Of a stretch of 64,000 nt of DNA, positions 12,028-24,200 are shown piece after piece. Position numbers and translations under genes: made by a program. The notes below the pieces were generated by a model that made no database searches, was not told the DNA's origin, and was given only the letters and a program-made list of their open reading frames with translations. The DNA lies in contig NC_043022.1 in the NCBI RefSeq assembly GCF_006345805.1, positions 8,308,001 through 8,372,000 of the forward strand, read 5' to 3'. The stretch comes from Octopus sinensis. Lineage: Eukaryota. The first letter of the stretch is position 1. Every line of letters begins with the position of its first letter.

Positions 12028-13605
12028 AACGCACCGCTATGGTGACAAAATTTTCACTCTCGTACGCTGATTTCGTGATGGATTTCTGAGAACGTTAATT
12101 ACACCAGGAAATAGAAAAAAAACTTTTGCTAAAAATTTTTAGAAGTTCATTATTCAGACATGGAAACGCTTCCTCAATGACTACTTTATTTTGGGGGTTA
12201 AATCACATGATAAACTACAGATATTCAATAGCACCCTTCATCCATCCATTAAATTCACAGCAGAAACCAGTCACAGTGATCTGCTGGTCTTAGACATTCG
12301 CATAAAATTAAATCCAAAGTAACCACCGACGTATTTTACAAGAAGACAGGCACACACTAGTATTTGTACTTTTACTCTTGCCATTCCTCGCACTGCAAAC
12401 GGAATGTATTCCGTATTGCATTGAAAGACGTATTTGTGCAATAGCGGTTGACCCCAAATTACGACAAATTCGACTGAATGAACTTAAACGCTTCCCACAA
12501 CTCCAGAATTAACACGTAAAATGAATAAACAATGGGATTTTAAAAGCCATGAAACTAGACATCGTACAACTGAGAACGCCTAGGGAAAAAGTTGAGGATA
12601 ATTCTGTTTCATTTGTCAACACACGTGATCCAGGAGTGACCAACATCTACAATGCTGTTAAATCAAACCCACCAGTACTTCTTCAAAAACTAAAAGTTAG
12701 AAATCTGATTGGAGAAATCCTCATAAAGAACAGCAAATGTCGTGGAGGTGCAATGGCTCAGTGGTTAAGGCAGCGGACTCGCGGTGTCGATTCCCAGACC
12801 GGGCGTTGTGTGTGTTTTTGAGCGAAAACACCTAAAGCACCACGAGGCTCCGACAGGGGGTGGTGGCGACCCCTGTTGTACTCTTTCGCTCCAACTTTCT
12901 CTCACTCTTTCTTCCTATTTCTTGTCCCCGACTTCCTATGCAACCGCTGAGCCTGGATGCGCATTCAGCCATCCGTCGATGCTCTCGGTGTCGGGGGTTG
13001 ACCTGCTTTCTCTTCTGTGGGTCTTATGAATAGCAAAGGACCACGTTTCAGACTTCTCCCATCTTGCGAGCTCTGGGACGAAGACCGTTCGCTCAACAGC
13101 AACAGCAACAAATGTCAATCAAAAAATCTTGGGAAACACCTCTCAAGGGCAGAATTCACATCAGGATAATTCTGAATTCTCTGAAAAAGTCTATAGAGAT
13201 AGTAGATTTGGAATATGCTGCAACAATGTCAAATATTTGGATACTGGTTTTCATATAAAATTTTAAAATGGATTCTCCTTGCATCATATAAAATTTTTAA
13301 ATGGATTCTCCTTGCAAATAAATGCAAACGTGGACTGTAAAACACAGAATCTAATACAGTGCAAAACGTTCCCCAATTTCAAAGAAAATTATATCGGTGA
13401 AACTGGAGACTCCTTTTGTCAACATGCAAGAAATTCATAGACAACATACTAAGTGGAATTACGTAAGATTCCACCGCGCAAACATCTAGAAAATGCGGAA
13501 ACAACAGATTCAAGGTCTTTTCATTCTATAAAAAAAGTTGATTCAAAATACCAGAAGGAAATGGAAATACATTTTATAGAAATAAAATCTTCACCAAAAC
13601 TATGT
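12028..13605 (+). pseudogene. Degraded Penelope-like element: RT C-terminal half plus GIY-YIG endonuclease, interrupted by a SINE
   Basis: Frameshifted relics include TAMxTKFSLSYA, WKRFLND, HPSIKFTAE, LVLDIRI, TTDVFYKKTGTH*YLYFYSCH and, after the SINE, KCQSKNLGKHLSRAEF, ENYIGETG and EMEIHFIE. These are typical PLE RT and GIY-YIG motifs. Confidence 0.85.
12742..13108 (+). mobile_element. tRNA-headed SINE (head A + tail T2) inserted into the PLE
   Basis: A-box TGGCTCAGTGG and B-box-like GTGTCGATTCC. CAA/CAG-repeat tail. TSD CAAATGTC at 12734-12741 and 13109-13116. Confidence 0.8.
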
Positions 13606-14074
13606 AAAAAGTATGTGTATAAAATATGAGAAATTTTTATGGAAAGGATTACTTTTCCAGATGAACCAAGCCAAATTAATTAGTGGATGTTATTAATGAT
13701 GATGTTCTCGTTACTGTTGCTGAAATTAATGGGAAAATTAAGTCTTAAACAATCGACTCGCATTCTCTCCCTGGCACACAGATTTAAAAGCCTTCCCAAA
13801 CAATTTGATGAAATCTATAGCTAAAAGCAACGTTTGTTCCGTCTTATTCTTCCATAAACAGCCATTTAATGACCAAAAGGCACCGTTTATTGCAACTTTA
13901 TTTTTTGAAGTTTTAAATTTTTTCTCTAATCAAGCTTTTAAGGATCAACTATATCCTTTGTTTAAAAATTCACCACGCACGTACGTACACACATGTAAAT
14001 TCAAAATTACAAGTAACTTTCTCATATAACCAGAACACATGAAAACAAATTGAACTCCTAACTTTTTTCAACAC

Positions 14075-14078
14075 ACAC

Positions 14079-14142
<64 letters not shown>

Positions 14143-14298
14143 CAAAGATGCTTTATGTCAGAATACAATTCATGACGAATCCCTGAAAAAGATGAAAGCA
14201 CTCAATAAATAATATTTATCTGAATTCTGACTACTTCTATTTATATACAAAACCTGTACACCACTACAAACAATACGGACATACATACATACATACAT

Positions 14299-14331
<33 letters not shown>

Positions 14332-14562
14332 TACATACATACATACATACATACATACACAAACACACACATACATACATGCACACACACATACATACAT
14401 ACATACACACACACATACATACATATAATATACATACATGCACACATATACACATTGTATATATACATACATATATATATATACATACATACATACACAT
14501 ATGTATGTATACAAACATACACATATGTATGTACGTACATACGTATGTATACATACATACAC

Positions 14563-14593
<31 letters not shown>

Positions 14594-14625
14594 TGTATGT
14601 ATGTATGTGTGTGTGTGTATGCATA
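14075..14625. repeat. (CA)n, (CATA)n and (TATG)n microsatellites
   Basis: Direct reading. Confidence 0.9.
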
Positions 14626-14967
14626 TATATTTGGTTTGACAATATTACACGTGATATATGTATTATATTACATATGCATGTGATTTAGGGTGTATCTTTG
14701 TATAGGTTTCGGTAAATGTTTATGTCTATATGCATATAAACATACATATCTTTTCATCTGTTTCTCTCCCTTGTCTTAAAGACGGCGAAATTTATCACTA
14801 CCTAATTTTGCGTCGCCTTATTTTTAAAAGTAAATGAAAAGTAAAAATAAAAACTCCGTCAAAAATTTTATAGAAGAATATATTATAGATAAGAAGTGAC
14901 ATTTATGTACGTAGAATCCTGTGGAGGTTTTTAACATGTCTGGGGTAGCAAAAAGTAAGCTATAAAC

Positions 14968-15550
14968 GGTGGCTGTGTAGTAAGAAGTTTGCTTCTCGGA
15001 TCTTTTCGGTTTGAACGGCAGTTTTTAACATAATTTCTTGGTAACTAAAAAATTTTAAACTTCATATACTGGTAGAATGTGTTTATAAAACATCTTTTTC
15101 TCTTGGCTTTATTGAGAAAATCCTATAGTTTGTAAGATATTTGTTGTTTTTCTTCTTCAATTTCTGCAATTTCAACCAATGAATGACGTGTATTGAGGTA
15201 AAAAAACATTCTGTGCCGTATGAATATGTCCCTCGTTTAAGAAACAGATTGGGTTTATTTACATTTGTGAAGAAAAAAAGATACCCTTCCCTCCACCCCT
15301 AACCCTAACCCTAAAACAGATTGAAATGCAACAGATCGATACTAGGGCCATAATTATGGGTGACAATTTTATATGACACCGCTAGAAAAAACTGCCGTTC
15401 AAACCGAAAGGATCCGGCTTCCCAAACACATGGTTCCGGGTTCACTCCCACTGCATGGCATCTTTGGCAAGTGTCTTCTACTGTAGCCTCGGGCAGACCA
15501 AAGCCTTATGAGTGAATTTGGTAGACAGAAACTGAAAGAACCCCGTCGTC

Positions 15551-15587
<37 letters not shown>

Positions 15588-15768
15588 CTGTATTTATCCC
15601 TGCTTGACAACCGACGTTGGTGTGTTTATGTCCTCGTAACTTAATGGTTCGGCAAAAGAGACCGATAGAATAAGTACCAGGCTTAGAAATAAGTACTGGG
15701 GTCGATCTATTCGACTAAAAACTCAAGGCGGTGCTCCAGCATGGCCACAGTACAATGACTGAAACAAA

Positions 15769-15770
<2 letters not shown>
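14968..15770 (+). mobile_element. SINE family A copy interrupted by MITE copy 4
   Basis: The head GGTGGCTGTGTAGTAAGAAGTTTGCTTC resumes as CCCAAACACATGGTTCCGGG after the MITE. Confidence 0.85.
14998..15415 (+). mobile_element. GGATC-terminated MITE, copy 4
   Basis: Both TIRs are present. TSD TGCTTCTC/GGCTTCCC (6/8; the intact SINE sequence is TGCTTCCC). Confidence 0.9.
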
Positions 15771-15809
<39 letters not shown>

Positions 15810-15836
15810 GCGGGGTTTATACGGTGTGTGTATGTA

Positions 15837-15955
15837 CGTGATCTGATCAATAAGTACTGACCGTTGTCATAGTAACGAGCTGAAGCACGCAGAGTGAAGC
15901 CGCTTGGCACAGATTGACCTTGAACTTTGTTGTGCATGCGCACTAATTTTTACGT
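15837..15955 (+). mobile_element. Mariner 5' end fragment
   Basis: TA|CGTGATCTGATCAATAAGTA..., homologous to 16110 and 30318. Confidence 0.75.
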
Positions 15956-16109
15956 CCCATAACTTAGCAGTTCGGCAAAACAGACCGATAGAATAAGTAC
16001 TGGAGTTACAAACACTAAGCCCTGGTGTCGATTTGTTCGACTAGAGGCGGTGCTCCAGCATGGCCGCAGTCAAATGACTGAAACAAATACTAGGATAAGA
16101 GAAAACATA

Positions 16110-16712
16110 CGTAGTCTGATCAATAAGTATCCGGACTGTTGCCATAGTAACGAAGCTAAAACACACAGAGTGAAGCCGCTGAGCACAGATTGACCATGAA
16201 CTCTGTTGTGCATGCGCACTAAATTTTAACGTTCTAGCTCAATCCCGCTGTTTACTACAGCAGTGCTTGGAAGGAACGTGTGTAGCGTGTGATCATCGCA
16301 TTGACCATTACAGAGAAAGCCGAGCAGAGAATCTGCATCAAATTTTGTCAAAAGCTTAGCGATACCTGCTCAGAGGCCCACGGAAAGTTTTCAAAAACTT
16401 TTCATCGTTCTCGACACAGTCAAGGAGATCTTGTGCAACTGAAACCGGAGTGTCTTTTTGGTCAGGTGAAAGCATTTTTGGCACAAACTTGGCACACGTG
16501 TGTCTCATACACAATTCTTCAGTGATAATTGACAGAACTGAACCATAACTAATCTGCGCATCCCCTGATAACTCACGGATAGTGATTCGACGATTTTCCC
16601 TCACAGCTGCAAGCACACCTGCAATATTTTTCTCAGTTCTGCTTTGTTGCGGGTCTTGCAGTACGTTCGTCACGTTCGTCTGAACCACTCGTACAATTGT
16701 GTGCACCTCCTC
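16110..16712. mobile_element. Fold-back mariner derivative, copy 1 (short arm on +, long arm on -)
   Basis: TA|CGTAGTCTGATCAATAAGTATCCGG terminus. The + strand encodes EQRICIKFCQKLSDTCSEA. The - strand encodes RTEKNIAGVLAAVRENRRITIRELS...CAKFVPKMLSPDQK...DLLDCVENDEKFLKT, the N-terminal HTH region of a mariner transposase. Confidence 0.85.
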
Positions 16713-16926
16713 AAAATTCAACCCGGTTCCTATATGCAAAGTTGCTTGAAATAGTAAATGGTTTCCTTTGCTAAAAGTATCTATTACCTGAAAATGCGCT
16801 GCTGAAATTTGCGGTGCGTCTCACATGCATGTACATCTTTTATGCGGTGTATATATGGTGTTTGTGTGTGTGTGTATGTAAATGCATACACACACACACA
16901 CATATATTATATATATATATATATCT

Positions 16927-17118
16927 TTTACTCTTTTACTTGTTTCAGTCATTTGACTGCGGCCATGCTGGAGCACCGTCTTTAATCGAGCAACTCGACC
17001 CCGGGACTTATTCTTTGTACGCCCGGTACTTATTCTATCGGTATCTTTTGCCGAACCGCTAAGTGACGGGGACATAAACACACCAGCATCGGTTGTCAAG
17101 CGATGTTGGATGGGACAA

Positions 17119-17151
<33 letters not shown>

Positions 17152-17300
17152 CGACGGGCTCCTTTCAGTTTCCGTCTACCAAATCCACTCACAAGGCTTT
17201 GGTCGGCCCGAGGCTATAGTAGAAGACACTTGCCCAAGGTGCCACGCAGTAGGACTGAACCCGGAGCCATGTGGTTGGTAAACAAGCTACTTACCACGCA
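16927..17300 (-). mobile_element. SINE family A, near full-length
   Basis: Complete tail-to-head match to family A. Confidence 0.9.
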
Positions 17301-17564
17301 TGCACATGGGTAAGTGTCCTCTACTATAGTTCTGGGCCAACCAAAGCTTTGTGAATCGATGTGGAAGACGGAAGATGAAAGAATGCCCGTTGTTAATCTC
17401 TCTCTATATATATATATCAATATTTGTGTGTGTGTGTGTGTGTGTGTGTTGTGTGTGTGTGTGTGTGTGTGTGTGTGAGTGGAGTGGGGTAAACGCAGGT
17501 GTGGCCACATGGTTAAGAATTAGCTTCCCAACCACATGGATTCAGAGTCACTCATTTTATATTT

Positions 17565-18375
17565 TACATGTTCCAGTCATTTGACTGTGGCCATGCTGGG
17601 GTACTGCCTTGAAGGGTTTTAGTCGAACAAATCGACCTTAGGACTTATTTGGGATCTTTTCGGTTTGAACGGCAGTTTTTAACATAATTTCTAGGTAACT
17701 AAAAAATTTTAAACTTCGTATAATGGTAGAATGTATTTATAAATCATCTTTTTCTCTTGGGTTTATTGAGAAAATTCTATAGATTGTAAGATATCTGTTG
17801 TTTTTTTCTTCAATTTCTGCAATTTCAACCAATCAGTGACGTCCATTGAGGTTATATACATTCTGTGCCGTATGAATATGTCCCTCGTTTAAGAAACAGA
17901 TTGGTTTTATTTACATTTGTGAAGAAAAAAAGATACCCTTCTCCCTACTCCTAACCCTAACCCACCCTAACCGTAAAACAAATTGAAATGCAATAGATCG
18001 ATACTAGGGTCATAATTATGGGTGACAATTTCATATGACCGCTAGAAAAAAGTGCCGTTCAAACCGAAAAGATCCCTTATTTGTTGATGCCTAGTTTAGT
18101 TTTTGCCGAACGGCTAGGTTATGATGAGGTAAGCACACTAACACCAGCTGCCAAGCGGCGGTTGGTGACAAACACAGACGCAGAGACACATATACATAGA
18201 TATATATATATATATATACGACGGGTATATATCTGCAGATCTCAGTTTCCGTCTACAAAATCCTCTCACAAAGTTTTGGTCGGCTCGAGGCTATACTGGA
18301 AGACACTTGCCCAAGATGTTACGTAGTGGGACTGAACCCGGAACCAATGGTTGAGAAGCAAGCTTCTTACCAAAC
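17565..18375 (-). mobile_element. SINE family A interrupted by MITE copy 5
   Basis: The tail (GTCATTTGACTGTGGCCATGCTGG) and head flank the MITE. Confidence 0.8.
17652..18075 (+). mobile_element. GGATC-terminated MITE, copy 5
   Basis: Both TIRs are present. Perfect TSD CTTATTTG. Confidence 0.92.
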
Positions 18376-18473
18376 AGCATAACACGTGCAAACACCGTGG
18401 ATATATGTGTATGTTTATGGACAAAGGCATAGCACGTGCACAAACACACACACACTTTCTTTCTCTCTGCCTG

Positions 18474-18512
<39 letters not shown>

Positions 18513-18529
18513 GTGATAATAATACTTAT

Positions 18530-18757
18530 TTCTTTACTACCCACAAGGAGCTAAACACAGAGAGGACAAACAAGGACAGACAAACGGATCAAGTCAATTA
18601 TATCGACCCCTGTACGTAACTGGTACTTATTTAATCGACCCCGAAAGGATGAAAGGCAAAGTCAACCTCGGCGGAATTTGAACTCAGAACGTAGCGGCAG
18701 GCGAAATACGGCTACGCATTTCGCCCGGCGTGCTAACGTTTCAGCCAGCTCGCCGCA
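18530..18757 (-). mobile_element. SINE family B (head GCGGCGAGCTGGCTGAAACGTTAGC, B-box GAGTTCAAATTCC)
   Basis: Related copies lie at ~33215-33390, 34320-34550, 34575-34730, 40430-40605, 41090-41185 and 46405-46480. Confidence 0.8.
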
Positions 18758-19183
18758 TTCGTGATAATACTAACTCAGTATGTAGGTGTGTATATGTATA
18801 GCTAGACAGGTAGAGTACAGACAAATAGATAAATATATAGATAGATAGATAATCTACGAATCCAGGTAAAAATAGTTAAAATAAAGCTACAAGAAATTAT
18901 TTTGGGGTGTGTTTTCTTTAAAATATTGAATAAAACGTGATCTTTCTTGTGTGTGTGTGTGTGTGTGTGTGTACACACACACACATGCAGAGACATGTCT
19001 GTGTATTTAAGAAGTTCGCTTTGCATAAACGCGGCTTAGGGTTCAGTCCGACTGTGCGGCATCTGGGACAACTGTCTTCCACTTAAGCCCCGGGCCGACC
19101 AATGCCTTGTGAATGAATTTGGTAGACGGATACTGTGTGGTAACCCGCTGTAATTACACTCCCCCATACATACATACATACAT

Positions 19184-19220
<37 letters not shown>

Positions 19221-19305
19221 TACATACATACATACATACATACATACATACATACATACATACCTCTATCTATCTATCTATATATATATATACATATATA
19301 CGTAC

Positions 19306-19342
<37 letters not shown>

Positions 19343-19446
19343 AATATACATACGTGTGTGTGTGCGTATTTGTTTGTCTTATCCATAACACGGTGGTAGT
19401 TTGTTCACGACCCCGTAAATTCGCTGTTCGGCAGAAAAAAAAGAAG

Positions 19447-19875
19447 GGATCTTTTCGGTTTGAACAACAGTTTTTTCTAGCGGTGTCATATGAAATTGTC
19501 ACCCATAATTATGACCCTAGTATCGATCTATTGCATTTCAATCTGTTTTAGGGTTAGGGTTAAAGTTAGAGTTAGGGGTGGGGGAAGGGTATCTTTTTTT
19601 CTTCAGAAATGTAAATAAACCCAATCTGTTTCTTAAACGAGGGACATATTCATATAGCACAGAATGATTTTTACCTCAATAGACGTCAGTGATTGGTTGA
19701 AATTGCAGAAATTGAAGAAAAAAAAGCAACAAATATCTTACAAACTATAGAATTTTCTCAATCAAGCCAAGAGAAAAAGGTGTTTTACAAACACATTCTA
19801 CCAGTATACGAAGTTTAAAATTTTTTAGTTACCTAGAAATTATGTTAAAAACTGCCGTTCAAACCGAAAAGATCC
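19447..19875 (-). mobile_element. GGATC-terminated MITE, copy 6
   Basis: Both TIRs are present in reverse orientation. No 8-bp TSD, but the element is flanked by a ~100-bp direct duplication. Confidence 0.9.
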
Positions 19876-20299
19876 GAAAATATATATACATACATACGTG
19901 TGTGTGCGTATTTGTTTGTCTTATCCCCAACACAGTGGTAATTTGTTCCCGACCCCGTAAAGTCGCTGTTCAGCAGAAAAAAAAGAAGGAAAAAGAAAAA
20001 TACGATAAATAAATAACGAACTTAAAACAAACAAAAAATTTGCACCTGGATCGATTTGTTTGCCGGAAATTCCGTCAGAGCGGTGCCACAGCGTGGCTGC
20101 AATCCAGTGACTGAAACAAGTAAAGGATAAAAGATAAAGATAACTCATCTATTGTTAATTAATAGGTGACCTGGAATATTTATTTAATTGCTTAATTACT
20201 TATGGTGTTTAAAGTAAAATGTGACATTTTCTCAGTTAATTTTTTCTTATTTTCCTATCCAAAGCCGTTAATTTCTCTTTCAATGAATTTTTTTCCGTT

Positions 20300-20394
20300 C
20301 ACTATGTCTGTCTGTCTGTATGTATGTATGTATGGGTGTATGTATGTGTGTGTATGTACGCATATATATATACACATGTATAGGCATATACGTA

Positions 20395-20442
<48 letters not shown>

Positions 20443-20460
20443 CATGTATATGCATATATG

Positions 20461-20538
<78 letters not shown>

Positions 20539-20725
20539 ATAAATGTATGTGTATGTGTGTGTGTGTATATTTTGAGGTATTTGTCGTGTGTGCGTGCATA
20601 CATATATAAATATTTGTGCATGTATGTGTCTGTATCTATCTACCTACCTACCTACCTACCTTTCTATCTATCTACCTACCTACCTGCCTGCTTGCCTACT
20701 TACCTACCTACCTACCTACCTGTCT
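20300..20725. repeat. Compound microsatellite (TA, TC, TATG, TACC)
   Basis: Direct reading. Confidence 0.9.
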
Positions 20726-21117
20726 GTCTGTCTGTCTGTCCGTGCACGTATATAAATGTGCGTATATGAGTGTTTATTTTCGTTCGATCCAATTACGATT
20801 TCCGTCTAATAAATTTTGTTTCCTAATTTACTTCGGTACGACAAGAACAACAACAACAACGTAATATAAATATTATTAAACAAACAGTTTTAAGATTAAG
20901 CTCAGAGTTTTCAAAGAGTTCATTTGTTTATTACATTTCTGTATAATCCTGCAATGGAGCTTGTAAGTGGTCGATCGGCCTGCTAGAAACAACAGCCGAA
21001 ACACTCCTTGTGTCACTCCTGGTAACTCCTTGAGAAAAGACCGAAAAAAGTCTAAGATACGCTTATCTGTAATAGGAAAGAAACACTGGGCCAAATATAT
21101 ATATGTATATATATATA

Positions 21118-21155
<38 letters not shown>

Positions 21156-21159
21156 TCTT

Positions 21160-21482
21160 ATTTTGTTTCAGTCATTTGACTGCGGCCTTCAAGGAACACT
21201 GCTTTAGTCGAACAAATCGACCCTAGGACTTATTCTTTGTAAGCCTACTACTTATTGTATCGGTGTCTTTTGCCGAATCGTTAATTTACTGGGATGTAAA
21301 CACACCAGCATCGGTTTCAAGCAATGGTGGACACACACACACACGACGAGTTTCTTTCAGTTTCCGTCTAACAAATCCAGTCACAAGTTTTTGGTCGGCT
21401 CGAGGCTATAGTAGAAGACACTTGCCCAAGGTGCCACACAGTGGGACTAAACCCGGAACAATGTAGTTGGTAAACAAGCTAC
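21160..21482 (-). mobile_element. SINE family A; the head abuts the LINE 3' end
   Basis: Matches family A up to AAACAAGCTACT. Confidence 0.8.
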
Positions 21483-22660
21483 TTTATTTCATAAATATTT
21501 GCCATGAAGGCATTACAAAGAGAGGACGAACAAGAACAGACAAACATAAAAGGGTGAATTAGCTGTAGCGATTAAATATTTACAATTTAAAAATACAATA
21601 ATTTTATAAATATGTTTATAACTTTTGACTTAAGCGTTGCTCATTACATGAAATTTGTAATGGCTTCTCTGAAGGATAGGCATCCGACCACCAGGGTAGA
21701 CCCCTTGCTTTTTCTTTCCTGTTTTTGGCTTCCACTTACCTGGTGCCAAACACTCCCAGCTTCCTCGCCACAGGCTTCCATCTTCCCATGAATCTGTCTC
21801 GTGACAGGTACCTTTTCTCCAGCCTGATCTTATTACTGAGGTGGTAACTAAAAAAGTTAACCAACCCCTGGGCGGATACAAAGGTACCCGACACTATGCC
21901 TCTCACACGCGTCTTCCATACTTTTTCTTTCAGTATGGCTACTATACAGAAAAAGCAAGCCTTCCTTTCCCTGTTAAGGGAAGGAGGCGGCACAATCTCG
22001 ATGATAGATTCAGGTGATAGATGTACTCTTCCCATCGATGACAACAGTTGCTCTGCGGAAACTATCAGTCCCGTTAATTCCGGACACTCCACAAATGCGT
22101 GCAAGACGGTTTCCCTGTCCTGCCCGCATCTCGGACATGTCGGCGAGACGGCACTTCCGTGCCTTGACAGTTTATCACGAACAGGTAACGCCGCACGGAA
22201 GCAGTGCCAAGCCAGAGATTTCTGGTAATTGTCCAGATACCCCGGCCCGAAAGTTCTCCGGAACAGGTTGATTAACTGATTTTCATCGTAGCCCAGGGTC
22301 TCCCCCAAGGCGTCTTCGGACTTAACCTCCACTAACCCTCTTTAGAAATCCGCGGTGGACTCTTGTTGCCGGCATTGCCCGCCCGAGAGAGTAGCTGAAG
22401 TGCCTGGCAGCACTCCAATTGCAAGTCCCCAGCCTAGGTCTCTGCTTGATCCAATTACCAATGTCCGTTAAGGACGTTAATTGCGGAAGGTAGAACTGAA
22501 CGTGCGGTGACCACACCTGCTCTCCATCCAGGTAAAGCCAGAGGTGCCTTAACCTTAACGCGAATTTTCGCATCCTCAGCCAAGGCATCCCTAGCCCACC
22601 CTTTAGCGGTTTCTGGCAGCAGACAGAGCGCTTCACGAGTGGCTTTCCTCCCTTCCACAA
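21483..22660 (-). mobile_element. 5'-truncated Tx1/L1-clade LINE (post-RT region, zf-RVT-like cysteine motif, 3' UTR)
   Basis: KPLKGGLGMPWLRMRKFALRLRHL (22322-22660) is followed, after a frameshift, by WHCFRAALPVRDKLSRHG...CPRCGQDRETVLHAFVEC...KEKVWKTR (21736-22332). Confidence 0.85.
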
Positions 22661-22939
22661 TAATAAATTGCTTATCCCAAAAAACGGGAAACCTATATTA
22701 TTTTTTCCCTCTTAATGAGGATAACAGTTCAAATGCCACCCCCGCTGGGAGGGGGGGACACGACAATAAAGCCTACAACGGGTTTAATAATTTCAATATT
22801 TCAACAATTACTTTCTCCCGTCACCGGGAAAAAGCACAAAAATTTTCGAAGTTCAACAATGTTTAACATTTCGAAAATATTCAACAATAGACAACAATTC
22901 CAATAGAAAAAATTATCCACGTGCAACTATACAAAGCAT

Positions 22940-23095
22940 AGAATTTTCTCGATAAAGCCAAGAGAAAAAGATGTTTTATAAACACATTCTACCAGTATAC
23001 GAAGTTTAAAATTTTTTAGTTACCTAGAAATTATGTTAAAAACTGCCGTTCAAACCGAAAAGATCCTCTTTCTTTATTTCAAACCGAAAAGATCC
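22940..23095 (-). mobile_element. GGATC-terminated MITE, copy 7 (partial, with a duplicated terminal TIR segment)
   Basis: The TIR ends at 23066. A second TTCAAACCGAAAAGATCC lies at 23078-23095. Confidence 0.85.
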
Positions 23096-23232
23096 GCGTA
23101 CTCTTACGCCGTCTCGCATTCGGTCTGATTGTGTTAATTAACTTGCGTTTATGTATGTGCATGTAAACGATTTTTACACCTCGCCACACATCTGTCGCCA
23201 CAGGACTTTATGAAATGCAAAACAGATAAAAA

Positions 23233-23603
23233 GTAAGAGCACTCACAGAGCGCAAACCTCCGCCAAGTCACCACCAACGTCCTTTCAACGATTAGGCAAA
23301 GATGATTTTTAAAATGAGAATATCTGAAATAAACTCGACTTCTCTCACAAACGGGAATACTAAAAATGAACTCGACCGCTCTCAAAAATTAAGTAAAAAC
23401 ACTGAAAAATAATCCAGAATCCTTGTCCGGTACCGAATCGATTCCAAAATCTAATCAGTTCGTGTGAGTCACGAAGCCAAGCATGCCTGAATGTTTCATT
23501 CGAATCCGTCCAGCGGTTCTTAAGATATCTTGTCCACGGACAAATAAACGAACATACAAACACGAATGGCAAAATACCTCCGTCTTCGCTAAGGCAGAGG
23601 TAG
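23233..23603 (+). mobile_element. Possible Helentron-associated (HINE-like) non-autonomous element
   Basis: Short inverted motif CCTCCGCC near the left end and hairpin ACCTCCGTC...GGCAGAGGT at the right end. The interior AATCGATTCCAAAATCTAATCAG / TTTCATTCGAATCCGTCCAGCGG resembles HINE interiors as recalled. Confidence 0.45.
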
Positions 23604-23783
23604 AAATGATAACGAGATATATGTACGTCAATGGATTTAAGTGACAAAATTTTGAACAACGCTTTTGCCATTCTCTCGTTCGCCATATTAGGTTCCAGTT
23701 GCAAGTATTGCAAAATGATAGGAACTATTTTCACATTAAGTTTTGTGTCAGTGTCAGATTTTCTTAATCCTAAAAGAGCTGCC

Positions 23784-24200
23784 GGATCTTTTCGGTTTGA
23801 ACGGTAGTTTTTAACATAATTTCTAGGTAACTAAAAAATTTTAAACTTCGTATACTGGTAGAATGTGTTTATAAAACATCTTTTTCTCTTGGTTTTATTG
23901 AGAAAATTCTATAGTTTGTAAGATATTTGTTGTTTTTTCTTCAATTTCTGCAATTTCAACCAATCAATGACGTCCATTGAGGTAAAAAAAAACAAACATT
24001 CTGTGCCGTATGAATATGTCCCTCGTTTAAGAAAGAGATTGAGTTTATTTATATTTGTGAAGAAAAAAAAGATACCCTTCCCACCACCCCTAACCCTAAA
24101 ACAGATTGAAATGCAATAGATCGATGCTAGGGTCATAATTATGGGTGACAATTTCATATGACACCGCTAGAAAAAACTGCTGTTCAAACCGAAAAGATCC
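23784..24200 (+). mobile_element. GGATC-terminated MITE, copy 8
   Basis: Both TIRs are present. No TSD is recognisable. Two CCCTAA units. Confidence 0.9.

Noticed and set aside
13700-13740. Hammerhead motif downstream of the PLE (TGATGA...GAAA)
   Set aside because: No convincing stem II or stem I pairing.
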